Source: Octopus vulgaris | Taxonomy: Eukaryota | Reading direction: 5' to 3' | Assembly: GCA_951406725.2 (NCBI GenBank) | Contig: OX597835.1 | Span: 30,814,001-30,878,000 of the forward strand | DNA: 64,000 bases | Part shown: in pieces, positions 43,739 to 59,822 of the stretch | Layout: every line of letters begins with the position of its first letter | How positions within the stretch are numbered: the stretch's first letter is position 1 | Translations under genes and position numbers: made by a program | Notes under the pieces: model-generated | The model's input: only the letters and a program-made list of their open reading frames with translations | Told to the model about the DNA's origin: nothing | The model's database searches: none

Positions 43739-44380
43739 TTGTGTGTGTGTCTATCGTTGTTCCCCCTTCATCGCTTGACAACCGAGGCTGGTGTGTTTAT
43801 GTCCCCGTAAATTAGCGGTTCGGCTAAAAAGACCGATAGAATAAGTATTAGGCTTACAAAGAATAAGTCCTGGGATCGATCTGTTCGACTGAAAGCGGTG
43901 CTTCAGCATGGCCACAGTCAAAATGACTGAAACAAGTAAAAGAGTAAAAAAAAAAATGTCCAGACTTGCAAAACTTCAAGTTTGTCAGGAACATATTTCG
44001 TCAATGCACTTCACTGTATGATAACAGTTCTTGATGTTACCAAACCAATTCATTATAGGTCTTCCTCTCGAGCGTTTACCATTTATCTTTCCTTCGATTA
44101 ACACTTTTTGTATACCTTGTACTCTTACTCTACGACAAACGTACATTAGCTTCCTTTTACAATAGTTCAGACAAGTGAATCGCTTGTGTTTGCAAGCTAT
44201 AGTGCTTCATCATTAGTCTTGCTTTATCCAAGATATTCGCATAATTCTTCTTTGTGTCCGTCCACCTTTCAAAAGCTTCTAGTTTGTCAAATAGTTTTCG
44301 TCAATGCTCACGTTTCTACAAACCATGCGTTTATAGGAAAATACACGAGGTTGAAAAAAATGGAATCAGAAACTACATGT
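43170..44380 (-). mobile_element. Degraded RTE/BovB-like LINE 3' fragments, repeated and interrupted by a SINE
   Basis: Minus-strand VLIEGKINGKRSRGRPIMNWFGNIKN (~44030-44105) and MINGRCLRGRSRTNWFNEIK (~43375-43440); a third remnant FEGKINGK at ~42765-42790. Confidence 0.65.
43600..43955 (+). mobile_element. SINE family B, 5'-truncated
   Basis: Matches the 3' two-thirds of 53664-54098. Confidence 0.8.
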
Positions 44381-45238
44381 TAAAAATATGGCATATTTAT
44401 AAGAATTTGTTCGCGGGACGTAAACAAATGATCCATGAAATATGTTTTAGTAAAAAAAAACCTTATTTTCTGTATCTGATATCTTTGATATACTTACGTT
44501 CTGTTGAGTCGTTGTTCTCTTATAAAACACCTCAGATACACGGCACTTGTGCTGCCTAGACGTGCGTGCATCTGTCTACTATATAGTTCCTGGCATATAT
44601 TTAAGGCTCGCAATATCTTTTTACACACTAGACAAATTTTAAGATATATTTCACTGACAAGATACTTTTCATTTATATTATAAAGAGGCTGATACTTACG
44701 ATTTGGCCATTCGCCTTTAAATACTATTCACTCTCACGCTCAATATACAGTGCTACCAACTCTCACCGGCTGACGAGACGAACAGTCAGTGAAACATCAA
44801 TCTTGTATCACTCACACACATGCGCCCGCGCACAGATACGCAAGAACAAACAAACAGATATATTCAAATACATTTATTATGCATTTACGAGAACATGATT
44901 GACAGTAACTTCGAAGTTTTTGCTTGCTAGTCATCAACAGAAGATACTGTCACCGGTCGTCTTACAAATGTCTAAACATATACTCCACAAAAAAGTACGG
45001 AGTAATTCTTCAGTTTATAGTTAAATGGCTTTTAATATAACTCAACATAAAAACAAGTAAAACATATTATGCAAACATAACATATATATATGTATATACA
45101 TGTATCTCTCTCTCTACCTATCTATATTTCTGTCTGTCTGTCTATCTGTCTATCCACCTAACTATATAACCCTCTCTCTATGTGTGTGTGTGTGTGTGAG
45201 TATGTATCTATGTATATATGTATCTATCTATGCATCAG

Positions 45239-45299
<61 letters not shown>

Positions 45300-46102
45300 A
45301 TCTGAAAACATCCATGCATTATTACATACATGGATACACATGTACTTATACATATAAGACGGAGACTTTCGTACCACCAGTTTACACAAGATTTTATGCA
45401 CGCGAGATGAAATGCAAAGTGTACTTGTGTCCATATACGTCATGCTTGCGAGTGCATGCGGGTGCATGTGTATATACGTGCATATATGTTCTTGTGTGTG
45501 TATGTATTTGTATATGCGTATAATTTTCTGTGTTTGCAAACGAAAGATAGATAAATAGATTGAGAAAGATACGACGACAATGAAGCATTTGTGCATGTGC
45601 GTGCATGATGGTGCAGTTTTCGAGACGGATTGCAGATAGATAAAAGTATTTTACATTCAGAAGGATCTCAATTTAAACGCTAATGGATATAAACGGCTGC
45701 ACGTTACGTAATAATGTTCAATTTACTACTTTGCTTAGTGATGATACACTTGCTTAAGCTCTTTATCTTGCAGATTAATTCCGTTTTGTTTTGCAGGCTT
45801 GCTTTTTGGGCTTTTTATTTTTATTTTTTGATTTTTTTGTTGTTGTTGTTCTTGTGTTATGGCAGCAGGGTATATATATATATGTGGTGGCGGCAGCGGT
45901 AATGGTGGTGGAGGTGGTGGTGGTGTTAGTGGAGATATAGGTGTAGAATTATGGGGTTGTGTGTAGGCAGGGTAGTGGGTTGGTGTGGAGGTGTGGAGGA
46001 GGGGTGTAGCATGAGATGAATATTTCGTCTTAAGGATTATTTGCTTCTAAGAACAAAACAGGAAATGGTATATAATAAAACACACCGATATATATATACA
46101 TA

Positions 46103-46164
<62 letters not shown>

Positions 46165-46300
46165 TATATACATGCATACATATATATGCATACATGCATA
46201 CATATATATATACATACATAAATATGCATATATATACATATATATACATGCATATATACATGTATATATGCATATATATACATATATATATATACATGTG

Positions 46301-46334
<34 letters not shown>

Positions 46335-46545
46335 GATGCATATATACATACATACACACGGGCACGCGTGTATATGTATATATATTCATACACATACACA
46401 CATATAAATGAGTGTGTATTTGCACATGTATATATATATATAGAAATATATACACACGTAGATATATATATATAAATACATCTATAATGTATATGCATGC
46501 TCATACTTATATAATTTTTACTTACATATATGTATATATATATAC

Positions 46546-46616
<71 letters not shown>

Positions 46617-47721
46617 TATACATAAATATATATGTATATATACATATATATGTGTAGATATATGTTCATATATATATATATGTGTGTGTGTGTATATATA
46701 TATATATATGTATTCATTTGTACATGCTTGCTTCTATCAATCTATTTGTCTATCTATCTATCTATCTATCTCTCTATCTATCTCTTTATCTATCATTATT
46801 TCTGCTCCTCTCCAAGGCTTCTCTCCAATCAGTGAAACATTTCTGCCACTTCTTCATTCAACCAATTATTCTCTAGCTTCTTTCAATTTTCTCTCTGCCT
46901 TCCTTCTTTCACCATGTTATTTGTGTTAGTTTTATTTCTTTGATTCTTCGTATTTTTAAGCTCAAGAATTTTACTTTTGTCCTCCTTATATTCCTATAGT
47001 TCGTTCCTCTCCATTTTCTCTTATTTTTGTCCTTCTCTCACTTCACGTTATTTCAGCTAATTATCACAACTTCACGTTATTCTGATCTCTGTCTCTTCCA
47101 CTGTCCCTATCTCTGTCAGTCTGCCTATCTGTCTTTCTCACTTCCCCTCTGTCTCTTTATTTGCTACATGTTTACTCCATCTCTGCTGCTCTTCATAATG
47201 TATTTCGTTATCTCCTTTCCTCTATCTTTTCATCAACTTCAAACTCTCACTCATCCTCGTTTTCAATCAGTTTCTCGCTTTCTTCTGCTGTCTTTCTGAT
47301 CTAGTTACCTTCATCTTCATCTTTTCTTTGTCATTCTCCATCTCTCTCTCGCTCTCTCTTTCACCCCTCTCTCCCATTCCCATTCTTTATAGTTTTCATT
47401 GCTTCTTTCTGTCTTTTACACCGGTTTCGTCTCTCTCTTACTATTATATCCTGTTTTTGTTTCTGATAATCCAACGTTTAAACAATTACATCCTGCCTTT
47501 TTAACCGCTTACTTTACATGTTCTCTTCCGTCACTCTTGTTCTCGTTTTATACAACTAAACTAAACACAGCTAAACTAACTATAACTTAACCATCCTCTC
47601 ACACCATTTCCGATGAAGGGATACAATTAATAAATATCCTAGAAACAGCTGTAAGACCTTCTATCTATAAATGCCCTGATATCTACACAGCCTTGGTCTT
47701 TTATCGCATTACGAAAAAAAT

Positions 47722-47782
<61 letters not shown>

Positions 47783-48281
47783 ACACATATATGTATATAT
47801 ATATCATTAATGTCAAGTATCTATAGACTTTCGAGAAAACGTAACATGATTCAGGTAGGGAATTGAATCTCGAAGCACATAGATGCTATAAATCATATTA
47901 CGTGGACATTGGGTTGAAAAACCATCATGGATAGAAAAATTCGAAGGTTACCCACATGTGTACACATCACACACACACGTACGCACTCACATATATATGT
48001 AAACACTTACACACACATACACAAACATAATTATCATGCAATATATCATAAAGCCAGAGTGGGAGAGAAAAAGAAAGTTGTGATATGCGAAGAACATGGA
48101 GAATATGAATATATGGGATAAACCAAAATTGCCTTCGAAATGTTATGAACAGAACATATGCCATGATTCAGATGCGAAGACAAATATAACTTACGGTACC
48201 ATCAAAGATGCTACTGTAAATTTGTTCATTATCGAAGAAACGAACCAATGAAAATGATGTGAAAAGCAATTTCTACATAAA

Positions 48282-48700
48282 GCGCAGGAGTGGCTGTGTG
48301 GTAAGTAGCTTGCTTACCAACCACATGGTTCTGGGTTCAGTCCCACTGCGTGGTACCTTGAGCAAGTGTCTTCTACTATAGCCTCGGGCCGACCAAAACC
48401 TTGTGAATGGATTTGCTAGACGGAAACTGAAAGCAGCCCTTCGTATATATATGTATATATATATATGTGTGCGTGTATGTTTGTGTGTCTGTGTTTGTCC
48501 TCCTAGCATTGCTTGACAACCGATGCAGGTGTGTTTATGTCCCATCACTTAGCAGTTCGGCAAAAGAGACCGATAGAATAAGTATTGGGCTTACAAAGTA
48601 TAAGTCCTGGGGTCGAGTTGCTCGACTAAAGGCGGTGCTCCAACATGGCCGCAGTCAAATGACTGAAACAAGTAAAAGGGTAAAAGAGTAAAGAGTAAAA
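48282..48700 (+). mobile_element. tRNA/CORE-type SINE family B, full length, with internal (TA)n(TG)n
   Basis: TGGCTGTGTGG A box, GGTTCAGTCCC B-box-like, CORE-like CCTTGAGCAAGTGTCTT, and TAAAAGAG-repeat tail. Confidence 0.85.
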
Positions 48701-49184
48701 CTGAGACGCATGAAATACTGTTATATCGGAAAATTTCGTCAACATATAGAAACGAGTCGGACTTATTTACATATGCTTGCAGAGTATAAAATCAAGTTTT
48801 TGATCCTCCTTTATCATAGGAGTTTCATTAAAAACACACATGAAAAAAAAAAAAAACAGCGATAAAAGAATCAGTGATGAATAAATCACCTCCACGGATT
48901 TTGTAAGCAGAACAAATGGTTCATCCATCGACACCAAACTCGCGACACTCAACAGCAAACTTCTGTCGTTATGCATTTTCGAAATCATTTCTACTATTTC
49001 CTGCAGAGAGGACACTCGAATGGGTCGTATGTATCTTAGAAACAGGCGCTTTCGTATTCTTTAGTTATGTTTTTTGTTTGTTTCCTGGTCCTATGTGAAT
49101 ATGTGGCTGGCTGGGGGCACCCCGTAGTTTCCAACGTGGTATATTCTAGCCGAGTGGATCAACGGAAGAGCCTGCCAGAGACAT

Positions 49185-49505
49185 TGGCGTGCAAGTCGCA
49201 GAGCCCTCCGCAAACAGACGTACCCTTACGTTAACGTACCCTTAACGTATGTGTCAGGGAAACAGCCTAACACACCGAATGTTACAAGGTCCGTTCTTTC
49301 AAATACAAGTACAGCTAATTTCCCAACGACACGTTGTGTCCTTGAGCAAGACACTTTATTTCACATTGCTCCAGTCCAGTCAGCTGGATAAAATGAGTAG
49401 TACCTGTATTTCAGAAGGGCGGCCTTGTCAAACTTTGTGTCATGTTTAATCGCCCTAAGAACTACGTTAAAGGTATACGTGTCTGTGGAGTGCTCAGCAC
49501 GCAAT
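49185..49505. mobile_element. Two oppositely oriented fragments of a CORE-type SINE
   Basis: 49190-49318 resembles the reverse complement of 49397-49503; CORE-like GTTGTGTCCTTGAGCAAGACACTT at ~49333. Confidence 0.6.
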
Positions 49506-50050
49506 TTGGGGGGAGGAGGCCTGTCGATTCGATCGATCCCAGTATGCAACTGGTACTTAATTTATCGATCCCGAAAGGATGAAAGGCAAAATTCCACCGC
49601 GATAACATTGCCTTTTATCCTTTCGGAGCCGATAAATTAAGTCGCAGTTACGGACTGGGGTCGATGTAATCGACTTAATCCCTTTGTTTGTCCCTGTTTA
49701 TCCCCTCGATGTTTAGCCCCCTGTGAGCAATAAAGAAATAAATATTCAATATTAACATCTTAAAGGCAGCGAGCTAGTGGAATCGTTATTATACCGAGCA
49801 AAATGGGCTAGCAATATTTCCGTTGAACCTTTATGATTGAAGATCAAATCTCACCAAGATCAGCTTTATTAATGGTTATCTTTTTAGCTCGATGAAATTA
49901 GTACCAGTTCGATGGAATCGAAAACCTATAGTAAAAAGATTTATTATTATCCAAAGTGTGGTGAAGGCAGCGAGCTAGTTGAATGTTTAGCATGACGGAC
50001 AACATGCTTAGCGGCGTTTCGTCCGGTGTTACGTTTTGAGTTCAAATTCT
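49505..50050. mobile_element. SINE family A fragments: inverted pair followed by degraded plus-strand copies
   Basis: Minus-strand core 49525-49589 faces plus-strand core 49608-49740; further heads at ~49764 and ~49965. Confidence 0.75.
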
Positions 50051-51604
50051 GCTGAGAGGAAAATATAAGAAGATGGTTATAATTGGAACGCCTTTGATCA
50101 TAAAGTCTTTATGATCAAATCTAACCTAGGGCTGAAGAAAACATCTTTTAGGTCACCTCACTCGGCCTACAAAATAAAGTAGCCAAATCGCCTTCAAGAC
50201 ACATCCCGCGGATTTTGAAATAAATAAGAAATAACGTGTTGGACAAAATGGAATTATGGTCATGTCTGGAAAGTCTGTGGTCATGTGTGTGCTTGATAAT
50301 GTCTACCCTTGAGTCCAGCAACAATAGGAATCACAGGTACCTAAATATGACGGTCAACAAGACCTAAGCATCACCTGTAATGAGATAACAGCGCCACCAC
50401 CACGAAAGTTACTACAACTATCTTTATGACCTAGACCACCACCATCACCACACCACCACCACAAAAGCTACTAAAAGTACCATTAACACCAACACCACAA
50501 TAAGCATCACTACAACAACCACCAACAACAACAATACAAATGCCACCATTATCGCCACCCCCATCAACACAACTTAACCACCAACACCAGCACTACTGCC
50601 GCCACCATTATCACCACAACTGCGAATACTACTGCCACCACCACGAATAGAACTATCATCCCCAGCTCCATTACTACGACTTCGGCTACCACCAATATTA
50701 CTATCGCCACAACCGTATCCGCTACTATCAGTGTAGCTGTCTACAACACCACCATCATCAACATATCACCCACTAACTACAAAAATCAGACACAACCGCC
50801 AATGCCATTATCGCGCAACCCATTACAGCATCCCATCATCATCACCACCACCCATTATAGCACCAACACAGTTAATATTACAACCATCAGAGACACATTC
50901 ATCAACAACAACAATTACATCAACAAAAGCAGTAGCAACACCGATACAGCCAACACACCGCACGCCGCTTTATATAATCGCAATGTCATTAGGCTACCAC
51001 ATCGAGTTAGAACAACAATACCAACACCAACGCAACGACTGCCACCATTGACTTCAACAATACCAATACCAATGATATACCGCCATTACATCAGCACGCC
51101 TGCCTGCCGCCACAAACCGTCGACACTACCACCGCCAATACACTCAAAGACAACAACAACCATCACAAGCATACGTTATTCAACCTCGTGTGTTTAAACT
51201 GAGTTACGTTTCTTACTCTTACTTCTTCTTACTGCTCTACCCCCACCAAATACAACAGTTCCATCATCCCCGCCACTACCACCGTACCCGCATATATATC
51301 CTCATCTACCTCCACCACCATCCTCTTACTCTGCACCGCTAATACTTATCACGCACGGAGTAATTGTTGTCAGTGTGGATTGATCGTTAAAATACAAACC
51401 GTTTGAAGCGGTGGAGATGGTGGACGGAGTGTATGTGTATGTATGCATATATATGTGTGTCTGCGCGCGCGTGTGTGTGTGTGTGTACTTATATGCATTT
51501 ACTTATCGCAATATGCAAGGAGAAATAGTTTTGTTGCGTGTATATGCAAATTGGTATAAACTCACACTTACACACACACGTATATGCATATATCTATATG
51601 TATA

Positions 51605-51642
<38 letters not shown>

Positions 51643-51671
51643 AACACACATATAAATGTATGTATATATAT

Positions 51672-51721
<50 letters not shown>

Positions 51722-52508
51722 ATATATATATATATTTATATATATACATATATGAAGAGAGAGAGAGAGAGAGAGAGGGGGGGAAGCTTCATTTGTATCT
51801 ACATATATACATAAACATTCTCAACTACAGACATACTGAAATCACACAGAGGCAGACTAAAATACCTCCATACACGTCCCTATTCTTACACACACGTATA
51901 CGTATATACGCATGTGTTGTATATACTCACACGTGCGCATTCACAAGAACACACAGGCATAATACATACATACATAAATACATATATAAACACATACATA
52001 CCTGCCTAAATACATAAGTACATACATACATTCAAGCACACATGCATAAATACATCAAAATTTTTCTTGCATACAGTGATGAGTTTTCGCCCGAAATATT
52101 ACGTCTAAATTGTCTCTATCTCACCGACTCTTTTCTTTCCTTCTGTTTTCTTTCTTCCTTGCTCTCCCTCTTTCTTTCTTTCTTTCTTTTTTCTTTCTTT
52201 CGTTCTTTCTTTCTTTCTTCCTCTCTCCCTCATTTTCTCCCGCACCTCGTTCGTTCTCTTCTCCTGTTTTGTTTATCCTAATCCACTTATGCTCCTTAAA
52301 CGTTTATTCACTTATATCCATTGCACATATAGTCATAGAATCCACTAAAATATTATAAAAATATGTGTTCGTGCGTGTGTGTGTGAGAGAGAGAGAGAGA
52401 GTGTATGTGTGTAAGCGCATGCGTTCGTATGTACATGTGTGTACAGATTTATATAGACATGCATGTCTTCCGATACAAATACTTAGAAACACATTAAAAT
52501 ACTCTTAA

Positions 52509-52582
<74 letters not shown>

Positions 52583-52601
52583 GTATTTATATATATGTGT
52601 G

Positions 52602-52653
<52 letters not shown>

Positions 52654-52865
52654 AATATATATATACATATATATGTTTAAATATATATATATATATATAT
52701 GTATGTGTGTATGTGCATATATATGCAAAGTTGCGTACACTTGAAAAGATAGTTTGGTTGTTAGATATTGTTTATGTGTGTGTGTATGAAAGACAGAGAG
52801 AGAAAGAGGCAGAGAGAGGAAAAGTTAGGGAGGGAGAGAGAACGAGAGAGACAGAGGTAGACACC

Positions 52866-52934
<69 letters not shown>

Positions 52935-53158
52935 TGAATGAATTGGTGAGAAAGAGGAGGAAAGGCACATAAATGCTGATAAATATGTTATGATGCATGT
53001 TTGAGTTTCACTTTCATGAGAAAAGTAAGTAGAATTTACTGGTTAGTCATGTGGAAACTGTTTGCTATTCTTCATGTCTTTGTTTTGAATAATGGCTGTT
53101 CTGACATTGCTATAATTAATACATACACACACACACAGACACACACACACACACACAG

Positions 53159-53213
<55 letters not shown>

Positions 53214-53663
53214 AGCACGCACGCACATGCTCACGCACACACTGGCACGTATGGATATGCAGTAATATGGCGGAGATACAAAATACCTCGACGTTACATT
53301 CTGCATACTAGTTGCAAGAACTGTATAGGCAGGGTTTCACATATATAAGATAATGAGCTGAAAAACGTTTGTTTACTTGAGACTATCTAAGCAATTAGCA
53401 GGCTTAATCTCCCTCTAGGCGTTGTTAAAATTCTAAAGTATTTAAATTCGGATCAAATAGACATTGGAGATACATTGTCCTATGCAGAAACTAAAAGATT
53501 TCTTCAGGGGTATTGCAACCTCTTCTTCTGAATCCAGCGCTATGTCGAAAATCTTTTCGTATCATTTGCAGATATTTTGGTGTTCTAGGTGCCTCGCCCT
53601 AGCCTGGGCGCTTCGCCTGAGAGCATCATCAGGGAAAATCAAAAAGATGTATTAATGTATATA

Positions 53664-53830
53664 GGCGTAAGAGTGGCTGTGTGGTAAGTAGCTTGCTTAA
53701 CAACCACATGGTCCCGGGTTCAGTCCCACTGCGTGGCATCTTGGGCAAGTGTCTTCTACTATAGCCTCGGGCCGACCAAAGCCTTGTGAGTGGATTTGGT
53801 AGACGGAAACTGAAAGAAGCCCGTTGTATC

Positions 53831-53890
<60 letters not shown>

Positions 53891-54098
53891 TGTGTCTGCG
53901 TTTGTCCTCCCAACATCGCTTGACAATCGATGCTGGCGTGTTTACGTCCCCGTAACTTAGCGGTTCGGCAAAAGAGACCGATAGAATAAGTACTAGGCTT
54001 CCAAAGAATAAATCCTGGGGTCGATTTGCTCGACTAAAGGCGGTGCTCCATCATGATCACAGTCAAATGACTGAAACAAGTAAAAGAGTAAAAGAGTA
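53664..54098 (+). mobile_element. SINE family B, full length
   Basis: Collinear with 48282-48700; longer internal microsatellite. Confidence 0.85.
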
Positions 54099-54129
54099 TT
54101 AAACACCCAACAGTGACGAAATACTTAAA

Positions 54130-54790
54130 TATTGGTTTAAAATTTTGGCCCCAAACCGACAATTTTAGGAAATAGGTAAGTTGATGATATCGACTTCGGG
54201 TGCTTATCTGGTACTTATTTTATCGTCCCCGAAAGGATGAAGGGCAAAGTTCAGCTCGGTGGAATTTAAACTCAGACAGACAAAACACCGCTAAGCATCT
54301 TGCCCAACGTGCTAACGATTCTGCCAGCACGCCGCGTTACAACATATTAAAATATAGAATTCAAATTTTAGCACGAAGCCAGCAATATCGGGATAAGTCA
54401 TTTACATCGATCCCAGTACTCAGCTGTGAGTTATTTCATCAACCTTAAAAAGATGAGAGGCAAAGTCGAGCTCAAAGGAATTTGTCTTCAAAATGTAAAG
54501 ATGTACGAAATGCCGTTAAACATTTTTCCCGGCGTGCAAACGATTCTGCCATCTCGCTGCCTTCCACCATCTTAAAATATGTATTTCAAATTTTAGCACG
54601 AAGCCAGCAATATCGGAGGAGAGAGTAAGACCCCAGTAATCAACTTTTATTAATTTTATTGAATTCGAAATGATAAGAGGCAAAATCGACCTCGACGCAA
54701 TTTCATCTCAGAATGTAAAGCCGGATTAAATGCCGCCAAGCATTTTGTTCGGCTTGCAAATGATTTTACCAGTTTTCCGTCTTACACCAT
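54130..54790 (-). mobile_element. Three tandem degraded SINE family A copies
   Basis: Three ~220-bp units, each with the reverse-complement core and an end resembling CGATTCTGCCAGC. Confidence 0.75.
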
Positions 54791-54953
54791 ATTAGAATAT
54801 TGCGAACAAGAATATCGAACAAAGAAAATAAAAAAAAACCACAGAAACAATTCAAATTTTCAAAAATAGTGTTAAATATAATTTCAGTGGAGATAAATAG
54901 ATATTAAAATAGATATTAAAATTTTAAGATAAATTAGATAGACACGCTGATAG

Positions 54954-55780
<827 letters not shown>

Positions 55781-56224
55781 CGATCACATGTTTCTGGATT
55801 GCAATCGCATAGCCTTAAAAGTGTCATGTGATATCCAAGAGAGGCTCGAAAAAAAATACCAAGTAAGCACCGGGGTCGATGTGATCGACTTAGCAGCCTT
55901 CTGCGAACTTGTAGGTCATGTGCCAAAATTCGAAGTTGATACTGGTCCATAGGAGAATATATAATATGGGTTTATAAGCTGAACGTTGCACGCCAGTTGT
56001 CTAGACATACAATGTCTGTCTGTTTGTCTGTATGTATGAAGATATGGATATATATCTATTATTAGAGCATAATTATTATGCGTACATAATTAAAAAGACA
56101 AATACTCGACACGTGTGTGTGTGTGTGTGCCTGTTTGTGTGTGCGTGTGTGTGTAAATAAAAAGAAATGGAAAGAACAATACAGAAAGAAAGAAACAAAC
56201 AAATAAATGGATGAATAGAAGTAC

Positions 56225-56765
56225 ACACATACACATACTCACATACATACATACATACATACATGCATGCATGCATACACACATACATACATACATACAT
56301 ACACACATACTCACATACATACATACACACATACATACATACATACACACATACATACATACACATATACTCACATACATACATACATACATACATACAT
56401 ACATACACACACACATACATACATACATACATACACACATACATACATACATACATACATACACACATACATACATACATACACACATACATACATACAT
56501 ACATACATACGTACGTACACACATACATACACACATACATACATACATACATACATACACACATATATACATACATACATACCTACATACATACATACAT
56601 ACATACATACATACATACACACATACATACATACATACATACATACATACACACATACATACATACATACATACACACACACATACATACATACACACAT
56701 ACATACATACATACATACACACACACATACATACATACATACATACATACATACATGCATACATG
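56225..56765. repeat. (ACAT)n compound microsatellite
   Basis: Direct inspection. Confidence 0.95.
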
Positions 56766-56869
56766 CATGCATATATATATGTGTGTGTGTATGTGTGAGT
56801 ATATATATATATACATATATGTAGATCTATATGAATATGGATGTATATACGTATATATGCATATACCTA

Positions 56870-56953
<84 letters not shown>

Positions 56954-57839
56954 GACTAGTTTAGAGAGGGTGGTAGAGTGACAGAGTGTGATAGAGAGTT
57001 ATATGTGTGTGTGTATATATGTATATATGTATAGTACAGAGGGAGAGAGCAAAAGAGAGAGAGATAGAGAGAGAGAAGGAGAGAGAGTAAACAATAATAT
57101 CTAGAAGAGAATCAAATATATTAAAATCTGTAGACTAAAGAATATAAATAGTTTAGAAATGGATAAAATAAAATCGCTTAGAATGGGATTTAGTGTTGAA
57201 GAGTTGGAAATTACAGCAAGTTCTATGAACTCTTCTGTCAAACCGAATGTCGATAGTTGTCAGTTTTTATTCGACTACTTCAAGCCGACACTAGCGCCAC
57301 CCTTTCCCCTTCGAAAAAAAAATACGGCTATTTCATTGCATAACGCGTCACGCTCTCAGACTGTTTTTTTCTTTTTTTTTTGTTACAGTTATTTTTCTCC
57401 ATCATCTAACCCAGCAAGTGCCCAAAGAATCACCCATCTTTCTATTTATCAGACTCCGCTTCGCCCTGGCATATTTTTTTTCTTCTTAATCGTACCCTAC
57501 CCGTATACTACCCGATACTATCCAGTTCACTGACAAATATCCACTTAGGCTGTATTCAATATCGTTAAGTCAATGAAAAGATCTGCGAACTTAAGAAATA
57601 AGAAGAGACTAAAAGAAACCTCCACCCGGCCATTCCCCGCCATGCATTTTTTCCTACAGTATCTGCCCCCCTCTCCACTACCTTACACCAGCAACGGCAC
57701 CACCAAAGGCACCAGCTAGAGAATTAAAAAAAAGGATAGAAATATTGGGGCAAAAAATAAGGTTAAATACAACCGGAGTTGGGGGGTTTATGAAAATGTT
57801 GAATAGGAATAATTGATGATGATGATGATAATAATAATG

Positions 57840-57905
<66 letters not shown>

Positions 57906-57958
57906 GAAATAATAATATTTTAAAACAATAAACTCAAGTCAATGAATATGTACATATA

Positions 57959-58000
<42 letters not shown>

Positions 58001-58005
58001 AGTAC

Positions 58006-58050
<45 letters not shown>

Positions 58051-58209
58051 TATAAAATAATACACACACACAAGCATATGCGCATTCATACATATTCACA
58101 AATACATGTGTGTATTTAAATATAGTTGTTCGCATCCATATATGCATACATTCTAATACAAGCGTATATATGCATGCATGTGTATATATCAATATATATA
58201 CACATATAT

Positions 58210-58240
<31 letters not shown>

Positions 58241-58935
58241 GACACACAGACAGAGACACACACATATACCAACACATGCACGCACGTAGTGGTTGCGTAT
58301 CTGTGTTTTCTAGCTTCAATTATTTAAGAGGCGTTTACGTATGTGCATGTCTTCATATGTGTACGCATGCGCATATATGTATATGGACTGGCGTCTGTAT
58401 TGATTTGTATGTACACAGGAATTACATACATGCCTTCCTTAAGAAAACACATATGTATCAATATATACTCATGCACGCATTCCTAGGTACACGCCCACGC
58501 ACACACACAGACACATATACACACATACATACACACATAAGCCTACATGCTTATATGTACATGAATAATTGTATATATCTATGTTTATATATATATATAT
58601 GTATATGTATTCGTGTATATTATGTATGTGTGTGTGAGTGCATGTGTATATATGTGTGTGTATATATTTCTGTGTATATCTATATAATTACAGTAAGACG
58701 GACTTACGCACGCACATATTCCCATGAACGGGAATTCATACACACCGATGTATGCATATGTGCGTATAAAGATACAGTCATGTATATTAAACACATCTTT
58801 GTATATGTGCGTGTGAATATATATATTTATATATGTGTATATATATATACATATATAATTATAATTATATATATAGATACACACACACAGATATATTTAT
58901 ATATGTATATATATAAATCTATATCTATATCTATC

Positions 58936-58968
<33 letters not shown>

Positions 58969-59499
58969 TTGATGTATGCAAATTTGTCAATATATGTATG
59001 CGTAAGTCCTTAAAAAAATTATATAAAATGTTCAGCTATAAATAAAAGCATCGCAACCATTGCATACATACATACACGCATAAATGCAAATATATACTTA
59101 CTCATATGTGTATACACATAGACATTACGTGCGAGCGCACGTACACACGCGCACACAAACACAAACACACACACCCACACGCGCGCACACACACGCACAA
59201 TTACAAACAAACCAACAAGAACCACACATCAAACCGGTAAAGACGGCTTGAAGCCTATTTAAGCTCCGTTTAAGTCATATTGCTCAACTAATGCAGCGAA
59301 CAATTGTTTTCATATATTATTACATAGCAGCCATATTGAATCTTGACTAAGTTACGTTGACGTTCTTATAACTTCTACCGACGCCATTTTCGATTTTTTG
59401 ATTTTGGAGTGTAGATGAGATAGGTTGGGGTGGTGGCGCTGGGGTGGGGTGTAGGATACGTCCATTGTCTGTTTTGTTGGTTATTGACGAGAAGATGCC

Positions 59500-59543
<44 letters not shown>

Positions 59544-59747
59544 TAATAATGATAATGATAATAATAATAGTAATAATAACGACAACAACAACAGCAGAAA
59601 TAATAAAGGTATCAAAATGTATAGGAATAAATAATATGTAACTACAAATATATATATATATATAGTTATACATACAGACACTTATATAATACGTATAGTC
59701 ATAATAGATGTATTTAAGCTTCAAATTGCGAACATATAAATACATAC

Positions 59748-59822
<75 letters not shown>

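Noticed and set aside
44768-44800. CTGACGAG...GAAAC hammerhead-like string
   Set aside because: Extra bases between stem II and GAAA, and no stem I or stem III pairing.
50380-51200. ACC/AAC-rich stretch resembling a Thr-rich mucin exon
   Set aside because: Triplet phase shifts and stop codons; best read as a decayed microsatellite.
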